Shown: positions 19,035 through 28,878, counted from the first letter of the stretch. The stretch: 64,000 nucleotides of DNA from an uncultured virus (IMG/VR IMGVR_UViG_3300026963_000002) (IMGVR_UViG_3300026963_000002), one strand, 5' to 3'. Program-made: numbers and translations. Notes: generated by a model not told the origin, from the letters alone.

Positions 19035-19982
19035 CTACATCCGGCGCTCGATCTCGCCAATCACCGCATCGAGGTCGTACTCGGCGTCACCAACCTCACC
19101 GTCGACGAGCTGTTCGACGTTCTCCGGCGTCGTCTCACCCGTGTTTGCCATGAAGTCGATGATCTGGTCAGCGGCCTGCGGGACACCCTCGGGAAGCTCC
19201 TCGTCGGTGGCGTCACCGCCGCCGAGTGAACCACCCGAGGACTCCTCGGCGTCGTCGTCCGACGAGCCACCGCCGTTGTTGGCGATAGTGATACCGGCGA
19301 ACGTCTCGGCGTCGAGAACCTTCGCGTCCGTGTATTCCACGTAGTCGTCCTCGCTCTCCGCGTCGTCGGGGAGGAAGCCGTCCTTGTAGTAGGAGAGGAT
19401 GATGCGCCGCCCTTCGAGGTCGTCGCGCAGTTCGATGGCGTCCTCGTTCAGCCAGTTGTAGTTGTCGTCCTTGTCGTCAACCACGTCGTGACCAGCGGGC
19501 GTGATGACCTTGGCGAAGGTGCGGTTCTTCGTCCCGTTCGAGAGCCACAGCGTGCAGTTGCCGAGGCTCACCGGGTCGTCGCCCTCACGCACAGCCTCCT
19601 GAAGCTTGTACGTGAAGTTGTTGCTACCGAACTGCTCGTTGTGTCGGGAGGGAACTTCGTCAGCGCCCACATCCTCGGTGGGAGCGCCGTTGTCGTCGGT
19701 GGCGAACCACGTATCCCACCCGAACACTTTGAGGGTGTCGTCGGAATCGTCGCCCGGCGACCGCTCCATCACGATGCCGTCGATCACCTTCACGTCGTCG
19801 GCGTCCACGATGAGGGACTGACCGTAAGACGACCCGGTGTATTCACCGAGCCGCGAGATCGAGAACTCGATGAAGGCGTAGTTGTTCATCTTCAGGGAGA
19901 TACGCTCCTCGAAGTCGCCGTCCGCGCCGCTCTGGTTGTTGGTGTTGCCGCCGCTGTTGTAGTCGGTGGAGAACAGGCTCAT
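19035..19982 (-). CDS. Highly acidic protein, possible ssDNA-binding protein
   Basis: Strong C/G-ending codon use; position before helicase/primase; function inferred only. Confidence 0.6.
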   Translation of the reverse strand: MSLFSTDYNSGGNTNNQSGADGDFEERISLKMNNYAFIEFSISRLGEYTGSSYGQSLIVDADDVKVIDGIVMERSPGDDSDDTLKVFGWDTWFATDDNGAPTEDVGADEVPSRHNEQFGSNNFTYKLQEAVREGDDPVSLGNCTLWLSNGTKNRTFAKVITPAGHDVVDDKDDNYNWLNEDAIELRDDLEGRRIILSYYKDGFLPDDAESEDDYVEYTDAKVLDAETFAGITIANNGGGSSDDDAEESSGGSLGGGDATDEELPEGVPQAADQIIDFMANTGETTPENVEQLVDGEVGDAEYDLDAVIGEIERRM

Positions 19983-20062
19983 TATTGCTGTATAGGTTTC
20001 TCTGGTTTGCTCGTCAGTCGGTTCAGCTCAGGCTACGACATTGTGTTTGCGTCGTAGCGAAA

Positions 20063-20135
20063 CGCCGAAGGCAGGACTCGAACCTGCAACCTACGGAGTA
20101 ACAATCCGTCGCACTACCAGTTGTGCTACCTCGGC
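20063..20135 (-). tRNA. tRNA-Asn(GTT), virus-encoded
   Basis: GCCGAGG/CTTCGGC acceptor, GCAC/GTGC D stem, ACGGA-TTGTTAC-TCCGT, GCAGG-TTCGAGT-CCTGC. Confidence 0.93.
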
Positions 20136-20283
20136 AAGAGAAAATGAGGGGCGGGTGCTTGTCCTCACTCTATTAGAGGTGGGACTAAGACTTAAAGATG
20201 CCTATATGATTCTTGGAAGTCGTCGGGAGGGATACCCCACTCGATGAGATTAATAGCAAGTAGAGAACTCGAAGGGTCGTCGA

Positions 20284-20706
20284 TCACTCCGCCGCCTCCG
20301 AGAGTGCGTCGAAGTTCGGAACGACCGTACCATTCACGCGCTCGCCGGGAACGCTCTGCCCGGACAGCTCGAACACGTCGGCCACCTTCTCGATGCCGAA
20401 CGCATCCAGCAGGTCGAAGAACTCAGCCGCCGCGTCCTCGATGCCATCGGGGAGATCGAACTCCAAGTTAGCCGGGTCGGGGCCGTTCGCCGTGTACGTG
20501 GGAATCACCACGTAGAGGTCTTCGGTCAGCTCGCCCCGGTCGATGAGTCTCGGCTCACCAAACTCGATCTGTACCTCGAAGCCGGAGTCCGTTCGCTCAG
20601 CGATTGCGTTGAAGACCGCATCAGCGCCACCGAGGTCGAGGTAGTCGAGGGGGTCGTCGTCGTCGTTACTTCGTCGGAACAGTAGGTTTCGGATGAATCC
20701 AAACAT
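20284..20706 (-). CDS. Hypothetical protein
   Basis: Acidic ORF, good codon use. Confidence 0.7.
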   Translation of the reverse strand: MFGFIRNLLFRRSNDDDDPLDYLDLGGADAVFNAIAERTDSGFEVQIEFGEPRLIDRGELTEDLYVVIPTYTANGPDPANLEFDLPDGIEDAAAEFFDLLDAFGIEKVADVFELSGQSVPGERVNGTVVPNFDALSEAAE

Positions 20707-20788
20707 AGCGTCTCTCTGGTTCCAGCAGTTAGCCGCCGCTGGCGCGTCTCAAGGTAGCGATACAGAATCCCCTATGACCAAAGGGGAA

Positions 20789-20868
20789 GCGACCGGCGGG
20801 AATTGAACCACACCTTGACCCCGCCCACGCCCGTCGAGGGGCATGGTCACGGGGCCACCATTGGTCGC
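20789..20868 (-). ncRNA. tRNA-like element with long internal arm
   Basis: GCGACC/GGTCGC stem stacked on GGTG[T]GG-TTCAATT-CCCGCC T arm. Confidence 0.6.
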
Positions 20869-20889
20869 AAGATCAGCGATACACCGCAT

Positions 20890-20936
20890 CGAGTTGGGAG
20901 GAATCGAACCATCCCTCTATGCGTACCAGCAACTCG
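20890..20936 (-). ncRNA. Mini-tRNA element
   Basis: CGAGTTG/CAACTCG stem plus GGA[T]GG-TTCGATT-CCTCC T arm, linker with TGGTA. Confidence 0.6.
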
Positions 20937-21134
20937 GAAAAGCCACCGTAGCGGTGGCTGGATACCAACGAGTCAAACCATTACAGGATTCAGCCAAGCA
21001 AAGCAGTCGAGGGGGCCGCCGCGACCTCCTCACTCTATTAGACGCGGTTCTATGACTTAAAGATTCCTCTTTGAGTCTTATCCCCTCGCGCGGGCATAGC
21101 AAAGACTTAATAGACAGACTTCTTCTTTGGAGGT

Positions 21135-21686
21135 ATGGCTAAGACGAAACACAAGAACGAAGAAAAAGTCGTCAAGTGTCCCGTGGAGGGGTGCGACCAC
21201 GAGGGCCTGTCCCGAGGTATGCACCTTCACGTTCGTCAATCGAGCGGCAACGGACACGGCCCTAACGGGGATGTTCCCGACGGCTTAGATTTTAGTAATC
21301 TGGAAGTTGTGGGTACAAAGGAAGTTGAAATGGATTACCCGTCTGAACGTAAAGGAGAAGACGTAGCCCGTCTGTGTCCTTTCTGTCGTCGCCCGTTCAA
21401 CGGGTATCAAGGGGTAATGATTCACCTTGGGCAGATTCAGGGCAAGGAGAATCACCCCGAAGACGCGGCTGATATGGTCGATAAGGAAGATTGCCCGGTT
21501 GCTCACGTCGATGAGAACCGGAACGTCATCGAGGTCGTGGAGCAGGGCGACCCCGACCTGATGCCGTCCACGGAAGAACGGCGGGACGGCTCCGTGCCGA
21601 GAGCTGACGTGATTGCCTACATCGAGTGGGCTGAATCCAACGATCAGCTCACGGCGGCGAACAAGGCACGAGAGATGCTACTCTAA
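21135..21686 (+). CDS. Double Zn-finger protein
   Basis: CPVEGC...H...H and CPFC...H...H; AAAGACTTAA promoter at 21101 and GGAGGT SD. Confidence 0.75.
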   Translation: MAKTKHKNEEKVVKCPVEGCDHEGLSRGMHLHVRQSSGNGHGPNGDVPDGLDFSNLEVVGTKEVEMDYPSERKGEDVARLCPFCRRPFNGYQGVMIHLGQIQGKENHPEDAADMVDKEDCPVAHVDENRNVIEVVEQGDPDLMPSTEERRDGSVPRADVIAYIEWAESNDQLTAANKAREMLL

Positions 21687-22168
21687 GTCTCGATTTCGTC
21701 ACGCCACTTATTCGAGAAGAACGACGTTTCGTACTTCCACCGATTGATGGATGGGTCGTTGCGGTACATCTCGTTCATCGACTTCACGATCTCGTAGAAG
21801 CCCTGCTTCGAGTGGTGCTTTCCTTCGGCTACCGGCATGACTATCTCACCCATGAAGATGCCCAATAGCTCGTTCTTCTGGATGATGTAGGGAGCCAGCG
21901 GGCTGAAGAACTTATCGAGGTCTTCAGCGCCCGACACCACGAACGACATCGTAGATTGCAGGTCTTTGATTTCCCACCCGACGCTCTGCTCCGAGCAGTA
22001 TTCCTCAAGCATCCCGAACACGACCGTCTCCGGGTCGCTCCGGTTCATCTTGAACACCGGCTTCATCGTGTAGCCGGTCTTGTATTCGTCGTCTTCCTCT
22101 ATCTCAACCCGGAAGCGGCCAATCGAATCGACCACTCCCGAGAGATACGCTACGTCGTCCTCTTTCAT
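21683..22168 (-). CDS. Free-standing LAGLIDADG-type endonuclease
   Basis: AYLSGVVDSIGRF; PYIIQK-type C-terminal motif. Confidence 0.75.
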   Translation of the reverse strand: MKEDDVAYLSGVVDSIGRFRVEIEEDDEYKTGYTMKPVFKMNRSDPETVVFGMLEEYCSEQSVGWEIKDLQSTMSFVVSGAEDLDKFFSPLAPYIIQKNELLGIFMGEIVMPVAEGKHHSKQGFYEIVKSMNEMYRNDPSINRWKYETSFFSNKWRDEIET

Positions 22169-22441
22169 ACCACCCAGTTTCGGGGTGGCGTGTTAAGTTA
22201 TTCATTGTTCATCAATCTAAAGACTTAGAAACGGTATCTTTAAGTCCTTAGTTCCCGTCTATTAGAGTGAGGAGTTCTTCCGAACGGTTCTACTACACAG
22301 TATAGTACCTACTCTATTCTAACTACTCTGATAACACTCTGTTAGATAAAGAGACTCGATGTAGTGAACTACTCTTAGTAATACACTTAGTTATACTGTT
22401 AGGTCAGCTACGGGGGAGAACTCTACCTAAGATGATATTCT

Positions 22442-22921
22442 ATGGAATCTCCCAAAGAGAAGCACCCACCTGAAACAATCACTCCCGACACAGAGAACGC
22501 AACGTACTTCGACCCGAACGAACGGAACAGCAATCCGAGCAAATTCCGGCGGCTAATGCTCTACAACCGTGGAACGTGGAAAGACCGCCGAGAAGAAAAC
22601 AAGAAGGTCACTCATCGACAGGACAACCTCGCAATTCTGGACTCTCTTGCTGGTCAGCTCGATCTCACTCGCTTCCAGAAGGAGAAGGCTCGTCGAGTCT
22701 TCGATGATCTGGAATTGGGTAAACTCGGCAAGTCAGTATCGCTCGTCGCTTTCGGCGTTTGTACGCTGGTTGCCAACGACGACGTTCCCAACGGAACCCG
22801 CTACTGGCCCACATCCAACGACACCTGCTCGTTGTTCGAGTCGATTGCTGACGACCTCGGTTTCACCGAGAACCAGCAACTCAGCATCATTCTCACCATC
22901 GACCACCGGAGGGTCGAATGA
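22442..22921 (+). CDS. Possible TFB/cyclin-fold transcription factor
   Basis: LDSLAGQLDL...KEKARRVF...GKSVSLVAFGVC resembles a TFB cyclin repeat. Confidence 0.5.
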   Translation: MESPKEKHPPETITPDTENATYFDPNERNSNPSKFRRLMLYNRGTWKDRREENKKVTHRQDNLAILDSLAGQLDLTRFQKEKARRVFDDLELGKLGKSVSLVAFGVCTLVANDDVPNGTRYWPTSNDTCSLFESIADDLGFTENQQLSIILTIDHRRVE

Positions 22922-23382
22922 GCGAGTTCACCATCCTCCGAGATACCCGAGAACACGAAGGCCACGGGTATTGGTTCGAGAATTATCCCGTTAGGGTGAA
23001 GGAGAAGAAGCTCCGCACCGGAGACTACGCCGTAGAGGAACCGGGTTACTACGGCAAGCACGGAACCTACGTCCCGCCGTTCGCAGTTGAACGGAAGGCG
23101 AAGGGAGACTTCCTTAACTCCATCACCCACGAACGAGATCGCTTCGAGCGAGAACTACAACGAGCGGATGAATGGGACGCACCGATGCCGGTCGTTGTTG
23201 AAGCCCCGTGGCTCGATTTCACGCAGGGCAACTACTGGCGGAACATCAATCCCAACTCGATCATTGGGACAGTCGAAAAGTGGCCGGGCTACTACAATGT
23301 TGACTTCTTCTTCAAGCCAACAGAATCTGACGCAGAGAAGTTCACCTACGATTTCCTCAAGTGGTGGAACAACCGTGAGTAA
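22918..23382 (+). CDS. ERCC4 (XPF/Mus81) nuclease
   Basis: DTRE, GDY, VERK. Confidence 0.85.
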   Translation: MSEFTILRDTREHEGHGYWFENYPVRVKEKKLRTGDYAVEEPGYYGKHGTYVPPFAVERKAKGDFLNSITHERDRFERELQRADEWDAPMPVVVEAPWLDFTQGNYWRNINPNSIIGTVEKWPGYYNVDFFFKPTESDAEKFTYDFLKWWNNRE

Positions 23383-23633
23383 ACAGGCTCGATTCTACCA
23401 ACGAGCTTCCGCCTAATCGTTATGCAGTCACCGATCTCGGTTCGTGCCTCCTGCTCTATACAATCATTGTGAACGCTGTTGCTATCATGTAACATTCGTG
23501 TATGAGAGAGCGACTCTTTTTCGTGCGTCAACACCGCACGGTCAGTCGAACTCAACTTTTCGCAGAGAATTAGAAACGTAGCCGTAACCGCTCTCAGGTC
23601 ATTTTCGTGGATACAACGAGGCCCTGAGCCAGC

Positions 23634-23966
23634 TCATTCATAGTTTTCGTCCAACCACGTAATCGCCGTAGCGAGAGCGCACATCATCTCCATAAACCAC
23701 GGCCCCGATTGGGCGGAATAGATGGGATAGCCGTCTTCGATATACTCGTCGGACGTTCCCTCGTTGACGATCTCGAAGTCTCGAACGACTATGTTGTAAC
23801 CCTCCTCGGGGTCGTCGTTCTCAGGATACACCTCCACCTCTACGCACTTCTCGTAGTTGATGAGGCGGAAGTCGTAGCCGTTCCCTCCGATGGGGCAGTA
23901 TTCCCAATCGTACTTCGTGAGGTCGGGGCTGACGTGGTTGCCGGTCGTATCCGTTGCGACCGCCAT
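23634..23966 (-). CDS. Early hypothetical protein
   Basis: Acidic ORF at end of leftward operon. Confidence 0.6.
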   Translation of the reverse strand: MAVATDTTGNHVSPDLTKYDWEYCPIGGNGYDFRLINYEKCVEVEVYPENDDPEEGYNIVVRDFEIVNEGTSDEYIEDGYPIYSAQSGPWFMEMMCALATAITWLDENYE

Positions 23967-24262
23967 TACAACCACCCGAGGTCTTCTGCGATTTCCTCCC
24001 CAATCCTCGCCTTTCGGTCTGCCATATACTCATCCTCCTCGATGCTTTCGACCGCCGCGAGCCATGCTTGCCGGGCTTCCTTCTCCGTGATGATGGAGTC
24101 GGCGTTGCTCAGGTCGAGTTCCCGAACGTAGTAGTCGTAAGTCTCTGCGATTTCGGTGGATTCGTCACCCGTGTCCGGGGCGTAACCTGCCGCGACAGCG
24201 GGGCAACAGCATCCACCAATCGTGTCCTTTCCGTAAGCGAAGTTTCGGTTTTGCGTACTCAT
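23966..24262 (-). CDS. Early hypothetical protein
   Basis: MSTQNRNF...; overlapping start/stop. Confidence 0.6.
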   Translation of the reverse strand: MSTQNRNFAYGKDTIGGCCCPAVAAGYAPDTGDESTEIAETYDYYVRELDLSNADSIITEKEARQAWLAAVESIEEDEYMADRKARIGEEIAEDLGWL

Positions 24263-24711
24263 TGTTCGTAGATTACCTCGTACTTGTCTCCGACTCGAAC
24301 CCGAACGTAGCCGTCTCCGTACTCGTTCGGCGGGTCGCAGTCCACCATCTCGATCTCCTCGAAGTCGGTGATCTCGACAGCCACCAGAGCGTCCTCGTAC
24401 AGCCGCTCGATGAACCGCCACTCGTTGTGGTAGTCTTCTTCCGACGCGAGGTAGGCTATGTCCGGCTCGTCGTCTCGGAGAACCACAACGCGCTCCACCT
24501 CACACCGGAACGTCCGGGTTTCCTCACACGACCATCCTTCTCCCCATCGACCCTCCGCGTAGTGGCAACGCTCGTGGAAGATTGCCGCACCATCTTCCAG
24601 AATCGGGTTGTCCACGTCCCCCGGATACCACTCGTGATCGTGGGAATGATCGGGAGCGTTCCACGGCGCTCGTGGGTCGCCAGCCGACGTTCCCGGCGGG
24701 TAATTACTCAC
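24259..24711 (-). CDS. Early hypothetical protein
   Basis: MSNYPPG...APWN; acidic. Confidence 0.7.
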   Translation of the reverse strand: MSNYPPGTSAGDPRAPWNAPDHSHDHEWYPGDVDNPILEDGAAIFHERCHYAEGRWGEGWSCEETRTFRCEVERVVVLRDDEPDIAYLASEEDYHNEWRFIERLYEDALVAVEITDFEEIEMVDCDPPNEYGDGYVRVRVGDKYEVIYEQ

Positions 24712-25141
24712 CGTACACCACCGGGGCGATTGCGAGGTACTTCTCCGAGTCCTCGGGGTGAATTACCGCGATAAAGTTCCACTCGGGGTGGACGTAGATC
24801 GCGTCCTTGTTCTCCCGAAGGTCGATGTCGAAGAACTCCTCTGCCTTCTCGAAGTAGTCCTTCTGAATCCGGGTCTTCACCGTGGCGTCCTCGGCCTCCT
24901 CCGGCCACAGATCAACTACCTCAGTCTCCCCGGCGATAATGTCCTGAATGACCTCAGGGTGTTCCGACGCGAGAGTGTAGTCCCACGTTATCCGCTTGTT
25001 CTTCTCCCTCAGGTCTTCGCCGTAGGTTCCGAGGCAGACCGTGTTCTCGTCGTTCTCTATCGCTCCTTCGAGCGTTTCGGTATTCGCGCTTCCGAACAGT
25101 TCCTCGAACTTCTCCTCATCAGTTTGGATTGTAACACTCAT
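24704..25141 (-). CDS. Early hypothetical protein
   Basis: Acidic packed ORF. Confidence 0.7.
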   Translation of the reverse strand: MSVTIQTDEEKFEELFGSANTETLEGAIENDENTVCLGTYGEDLREKNKRITWDYTLASEHPEVIQDIIAGETEVVDLWPEEAEDATVKTRIQKDYFEKAEEFFDIDLRENKDAIYVHPEWNFIAVIHPEDSEKYLAIAPVVYGE

Positions 25142-25143
25142 TA

Positions 25144-25566
25144 TTAGTTCTCTGAGTCTTTGCCGCGAAGTTCGTACAGAGCCTTCACGAACTCCGTCAT
25201 ATCGTCGAAGCTACTCCGCTCGACCGTCTCGCCGTCGTAGTACGACGATTGGTTGTCTCGAACCATATCGAGGCAGTCGTCGCACAGACCGTTTCGAGGG
25301 CCGGGCGTCTCGTTGCCACAGACCTCGAAGTATTCACACTCCCAATCCTCAGGTCGGGGTTCCGACTGAGTGTTGTGAGAGGTGTGGGTCGTATCGACAC
25401 CGAGCTTGTTCATCCAATAGGAGATCGTCCCGGCGGAACAGCCGAGTTCGTCTCCCATCTCGGACTGGTCAAGCCCCTTGTCGTGATACAGTTCGTGGAG
25501 CGTTTCTGCGTCCTTCCACGGTTCTTCTTCGGGGGTTTCTGCCCCGAAGTCTGCGAGCGTACTCAT
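25144..25566 (-). CDS. HTH + Zn-finger protein
   Basis: PWKDAETLHELY...ELGCS..TI..WM.K.G, the same HTH type as in the HNH gene at 5737; C..C...CDDC. Confidence 0.7.
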   Translation of the reverse strand: MSTLADFGAETPEEEPWKDAETLHELYHDKGLDQSEMGDELGCSAGTISYWMNKLGVDTTHTSHNTQSEPRPEDWECEYFEVCGNETPGPRNGLCDDCLDMVRDNQSSYYDGETVERSSFDDMTEFVKALYELRGKDSEN

Positions 25567-25712
25567 TCTATGACGCCGTTTCCATCGGGTTCATCATCTC
25601 GCTCTCCTCCATCCAGTAGGTCGGGAAGGGGTGAGTCGGGAGTAACAATTCGGGCGGACATACCGATACTAACCGCACGAGGTTGACACCCGGTTCTTTC
25701 AGAGCGCGACAC

Positions 25713-25979
25713 CTACCACCACCCCTCGAATCCCATCACTTGACGGGCGAGCTGGTCGATGGAATCCCGACCGTTCAGGAACAGGACGTTCGACACCATC
25801 TGCTTGATCGCATCGAGTCGGGGGAACGTCGCATCCCGAACGTCCATCCACTCTTTCACCACTCCCCGGAGAGAGCGGGACTTGTCGTAGAACGCCACCA
25901 TCAGTTCAGCCGAGAACTGCCGGGCGAGGTTCCACGCTTCGAGCTGTTCGAGGTATCGTCCACGTAGTCCGTTGTTCAT
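25713..25979 (-). CDS. Hypothetical protein
   Basis: Packed ORF. Confidence 0.55.
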   Translation of the reverse strand: MNNGLRGRYLEQLEAWNLARQFSAELMVAFYDKSRSLRGVVKEWMDVRDATFPRLDAIKQMVSNVLFLNGRDSIDQLARQVMGFEGWW

Positions 25980-25980
25980 T

Positions 25981-26391
25981 TTACGCAGTCACCTTCGGGG
26001 CGTGTTCTGGTCGGGTCGCGTTGATTCGGTAGAGGCCGAAGACCTCCCGCATAATCGCCTGATTGTTGTAGTCAGCTCGGGCGTAGGCTCGGTAGAGGTC
26101 GCCCTCCCAAAGCGCCGTGAAGAAGTGGCCGCCGTAGGGTGTGAAGTCCTCAGCCTTCTCCTCGGTCAACTGTGGGGGAATGTGGTCGGTTCCCCGGACG
26201 TACTTCTTCACTTCTACCAGCACGGAATTGCGGTAGACCGCCTTCCCGTCGTCTCGATCTCGTTCCATCGAGGAAATGTCGAACTCGCACACCTCGATGA
26301 GTCGTTCGTCAGCTCCGGCCCATCGGAGTAGGCGTCGTTCGTGGTCGGTCAGGTCGGGCGTCGGGTCGTTGAAGTCGGTAAGTTCGTTCAT
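25981..26391 (-). CDS. Hypothetical protein
   Basis: Preceded by AAAGACTTATA promoter and AGGAG. Confidence 0.7.
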   Translation of the reverse strand: MNELTDFNDPTPDLTDHERRLLRWAGADERLIEVCEFDISSMERDRDDGKAVYRNSVLVEVKKYVRGTDHIPPQLTEEKAEDFTPYGGHFFTALWEGDLYRAYARADYNNQAIMREVFGLYRINATRPEHAPKVTA

Positions 26392-26423
26392 TTTTGTATT
26401 CTCCTAAGACTCAGAGTATAGTC

Positions 26424-26434
26424 TATAAGTCTTT
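26424..26434 (-). promoter_or_regulatory. Repeated promoter core AAAGACTTAW (class B; also 28269-28279, 34599-34608 on -, 21101-21110 and 46485-46494 on +)
   Basis: Recurrent AT-rich motif in intergenic gaps, oriented toward downstream genes. Confidence 0.65.
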
Positions 26435-26439
26435 GCCGG

Positions 26440-28236
26440 TTATCGCCACGGCGCGGCGTCTTCGTTCTCCCAATGCTCCGGCGGTTCATCTCGAATCGCC
26501 TCGGTGAACCACTCCGGCGGCTTCGTCCGGTTCATCAGCTTGTTGAACGCACCGTCGATGACGTAGTACGACGCGGCTTCACTCTCCTCCGGGCCACGGA
26601 CGGCTCGCCCCACGGACTGCTGAACGTCCAGCGAAGCCGACTCCATGTACCAGTCCCAGTCGTTCCGCTCATCGAGCAGGTAGGACACCCTGCTGTCACC
26701 GAGGTACGGGTAGGGAACCTTCAGGAGAACCTGCCAGCGGCAACGGTCGCCGTAGAGGTCAACACCCTCCATCATCGACGGGGAGATGAGAATGTCCTTG
26801 TCGGACTGAACCCACTCCTCGATCACCAAGTCCTTCTCCTTCTCTTGGTCTTGGACGATAACGTTCTCCCGACCGAGGGAGTCAGCGAGCTTTTCGGCCC
26901 GCTTGTAGGAGTTGGTGTGAATCAGGCCGTTCTCCCCTTCGTGATGGCTGTGAATCTCTCGAATCGTCCGAATCACCTGATTCCAGTTGCGATCTTCGCC
27001 GTCGCCGCTCATCGAGCCGACGATGGTGTTCGTGTGAATCAGTCGGTGTTCCTCGGGGAACGGCATCGGACGGCCAATCAGCTTCGTGGAACCTTCGAGG
27101 CCGAGGCGGTCGGCCCAATCAGCGATTTTCTCTCGGTACGGAATCGTCGCGGAGGAAATCACTCGCTTCTTCCCCCGGCTCCAGATGAACCGTTCGAGGA
27201 ACTTGTCCACGTCCACCGGGCTAATGACCATCTTCTTCTGGTCGGACTTCCCGAACTCGCTCACCGTCACCGTCCACGGGCGTCCCTCCTTCACTTCCCG
27301 GTGGCAGTATTCGGCCTTCTTGATGAAGTCCTTACATTGGTCAACCTCAGCCTGCTTGTTCGGGTCTTCATCGTGGCGGTCTACGTAGTTTGTCGCCCGG
27401 TCGTAGAGGCTGTTGAGGATGTGGGTAACGTCCTCGAAGCGTTCGTAGTCCCACCGAATCCGGTCGCCCGTGTTCCGGTAGACCTCGTTCGGGAGAACCC
27501 ACGGGGAGATAGTGAACCCGGCGAACAGGGACGCCACTTGGCTTTCGAGGCCGTGGCCTTCGTCAACGATAACGAGATCGCGGTCGTCGAAGGAAATCTG
27601 CTCGTCCTCGAACCCGTCCGTCATTAGGTAGGTCGGGATGTAGTTGTCAACCACCAGCATAGCGAACGTGAGAGCCGCTATGTCGGCGTCCATCGCTCGG
27701 GCCTTTGCTCGCCAGTAGGTACACCCGGCGATTGTCCGGCAGGACGCATCCTCTGTCTCGTTCGGGACGTTACAATCCTTACAGTTCATGTCGCTGGCCC
27801 CGCAGATGTAGTCCTGCCGGGACTTCAGCATCGTCACGTACTCCTGAAGGTCAACGTCCTCCGCGAGCTGATTACGGAGTTGCTTCTGAGGGGTGGTGTA
27901 GAAGGACTTGCCCGACTCGATGCCGTGAAGCTTGTAGTTGAAATGGTCTTCGAGCCGCGACTTGTTCTTGGCGAGGTGCTTGAACACCCGACCGAGAGTG
28001 ACGTTCACCGGAGACTTCCCAATCCCCGTGGGGCCGTCGATCACGACGTTCGTGTGCCCCTCGATGAACAGGGCTTCGAGCGTCCCGTGGAGGATTTCGT
28101 CTTGGTAGTCCCGGTAGCCGGGGAACGGGAATAGATCGTCCGAGAGGTTGAACAGGTACTCCCGAAGCCCATCTCTGTTCCTCGAATAGTTCGCTAACGG
28201 TTCGACTCGTTGACTCTGGATTGTTTTGGTTGACAT
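26440..28236 (-). CDS. DinG/XPD-family SF2 helicase
   Basis: GPTGIGKS, Cys cluster, VDEGH, SAT, EGVD, QQSVGRAVR. Confidence 0.9.
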   Translation of the reverse strand: MSTKTIQSQRVEPLANYSRNRDGLREYLFNLSDDLFPFPGYRDYQDEILHGTLEALFIEGHTNVVIDGPTGIGKSPVNVTLGRVFKHLAKNKSRLEDHFNYKLHGIESGKSFYTTPQKQLRNQLAEDVDLQEYVTMLKSRQDYICGASDMNCKDCNVPNETEDASCRTIAGCTYWRAKARAMDADIAALTFAMLVVDNYIPTYLMTDGFEDEQISFDDRDLVIVDEGHGLESQVASLFAGFTISPWVLPNEVYRNTGDRIRWDYERFEDVTHILNSLYDRATNYVDRHDEDPNKQAEVDQCKDFIKKAEYCHREVKEGRPWTVTVSEFGKSDQKKMVISPVDVDKFLERFIWSRGKKRVISSATIPYREKIADWADRLGLEGSTKLIGRPMPFPEEHRLIHTNTIVGSMSGDGEDRNWNQVIRTIREIHSHHEGENGLIHTNSYKRAEKLADSLGRENVIVQDQEKEKDLVIEEWVQSDKDILISPSMMEGVDLYGDRCRWQVLLKVPYPYLGDSRVSYLLDERNDWDWYMESASLDVQQSVGRAVRGPEESEAASYYVIDGAFNKLMNRTKPPEWFTEAIRDEPPEHWENEDAAPWR

Positions 28237-28539
28237 TCTTGCTTGAGTCTAAGACTCAGAGAAGTATCTATAAGTCTTTATCGCTATTGGTCAGCTCGTC
28301 ATAGCCGGGACGACCACCTCCCGACGACGCCCCACCGTAGGGCGTTTCGCCATTACTCTTGCCAGTACCGCCGCTCGATGTTGATTACCTCCGATACATC
28401 ACGGCGGGGCTTCGTCTTTCCACGTCGACGCCAACACGCCTTCCTCCGAAGGGAGTAGAAGTAATCGTAGTCGGCTTGCTCGATCTTCTCAATATCTTCT
28501 TCCATACTACCGGGGTGACACCGCAGGATGTTCGTCGGC

Positions 28540-28872
28540 CTATTCGTCGTCGTACTCGAACCAGAACTTCACGCCGACTCCCTTCCCGGTGAGAGTAGCG
28601 AAGGAGAACGAGAAGCCGTGTTCCTCCATCGTTTTCCGCTCGCTGTTCATCAGGATGTGTGAAGCCGGGTCGCCGTCGCTGTCTCGCCACGTATGGAACG
28701 GAATTAGGAGCATCTGAACGTCCCCCATCTTCCCTTCTCGGATGTGGCTCAGCTCACGGAACCGCTCGGGAAGCTCGTCGAGGATTCGTTCTTCGAGAAC
28801 ATCGTAGTCCACTTCATCGACGGTCGATTCATCGTTGCTGTCGCTACCTGCCGGGAGTGCTTTGGTACTCAT
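28540..28872 (-). CDS. Early hypothetical protein
   Basis: Acidic ORF. Confidence 0.65.
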   Translation of the reverse strand: MSTKALPAGSDSNDESTVDEVDYDVLEERILDELPERFRELSHIREGKMGDVQMLLIPFHTWRDSDGDPASHILMNSERKTMEEHGFSFSFATLTGKGVGVKFWFEYDDE

Positions 28873-28878
28873 TAGGGG

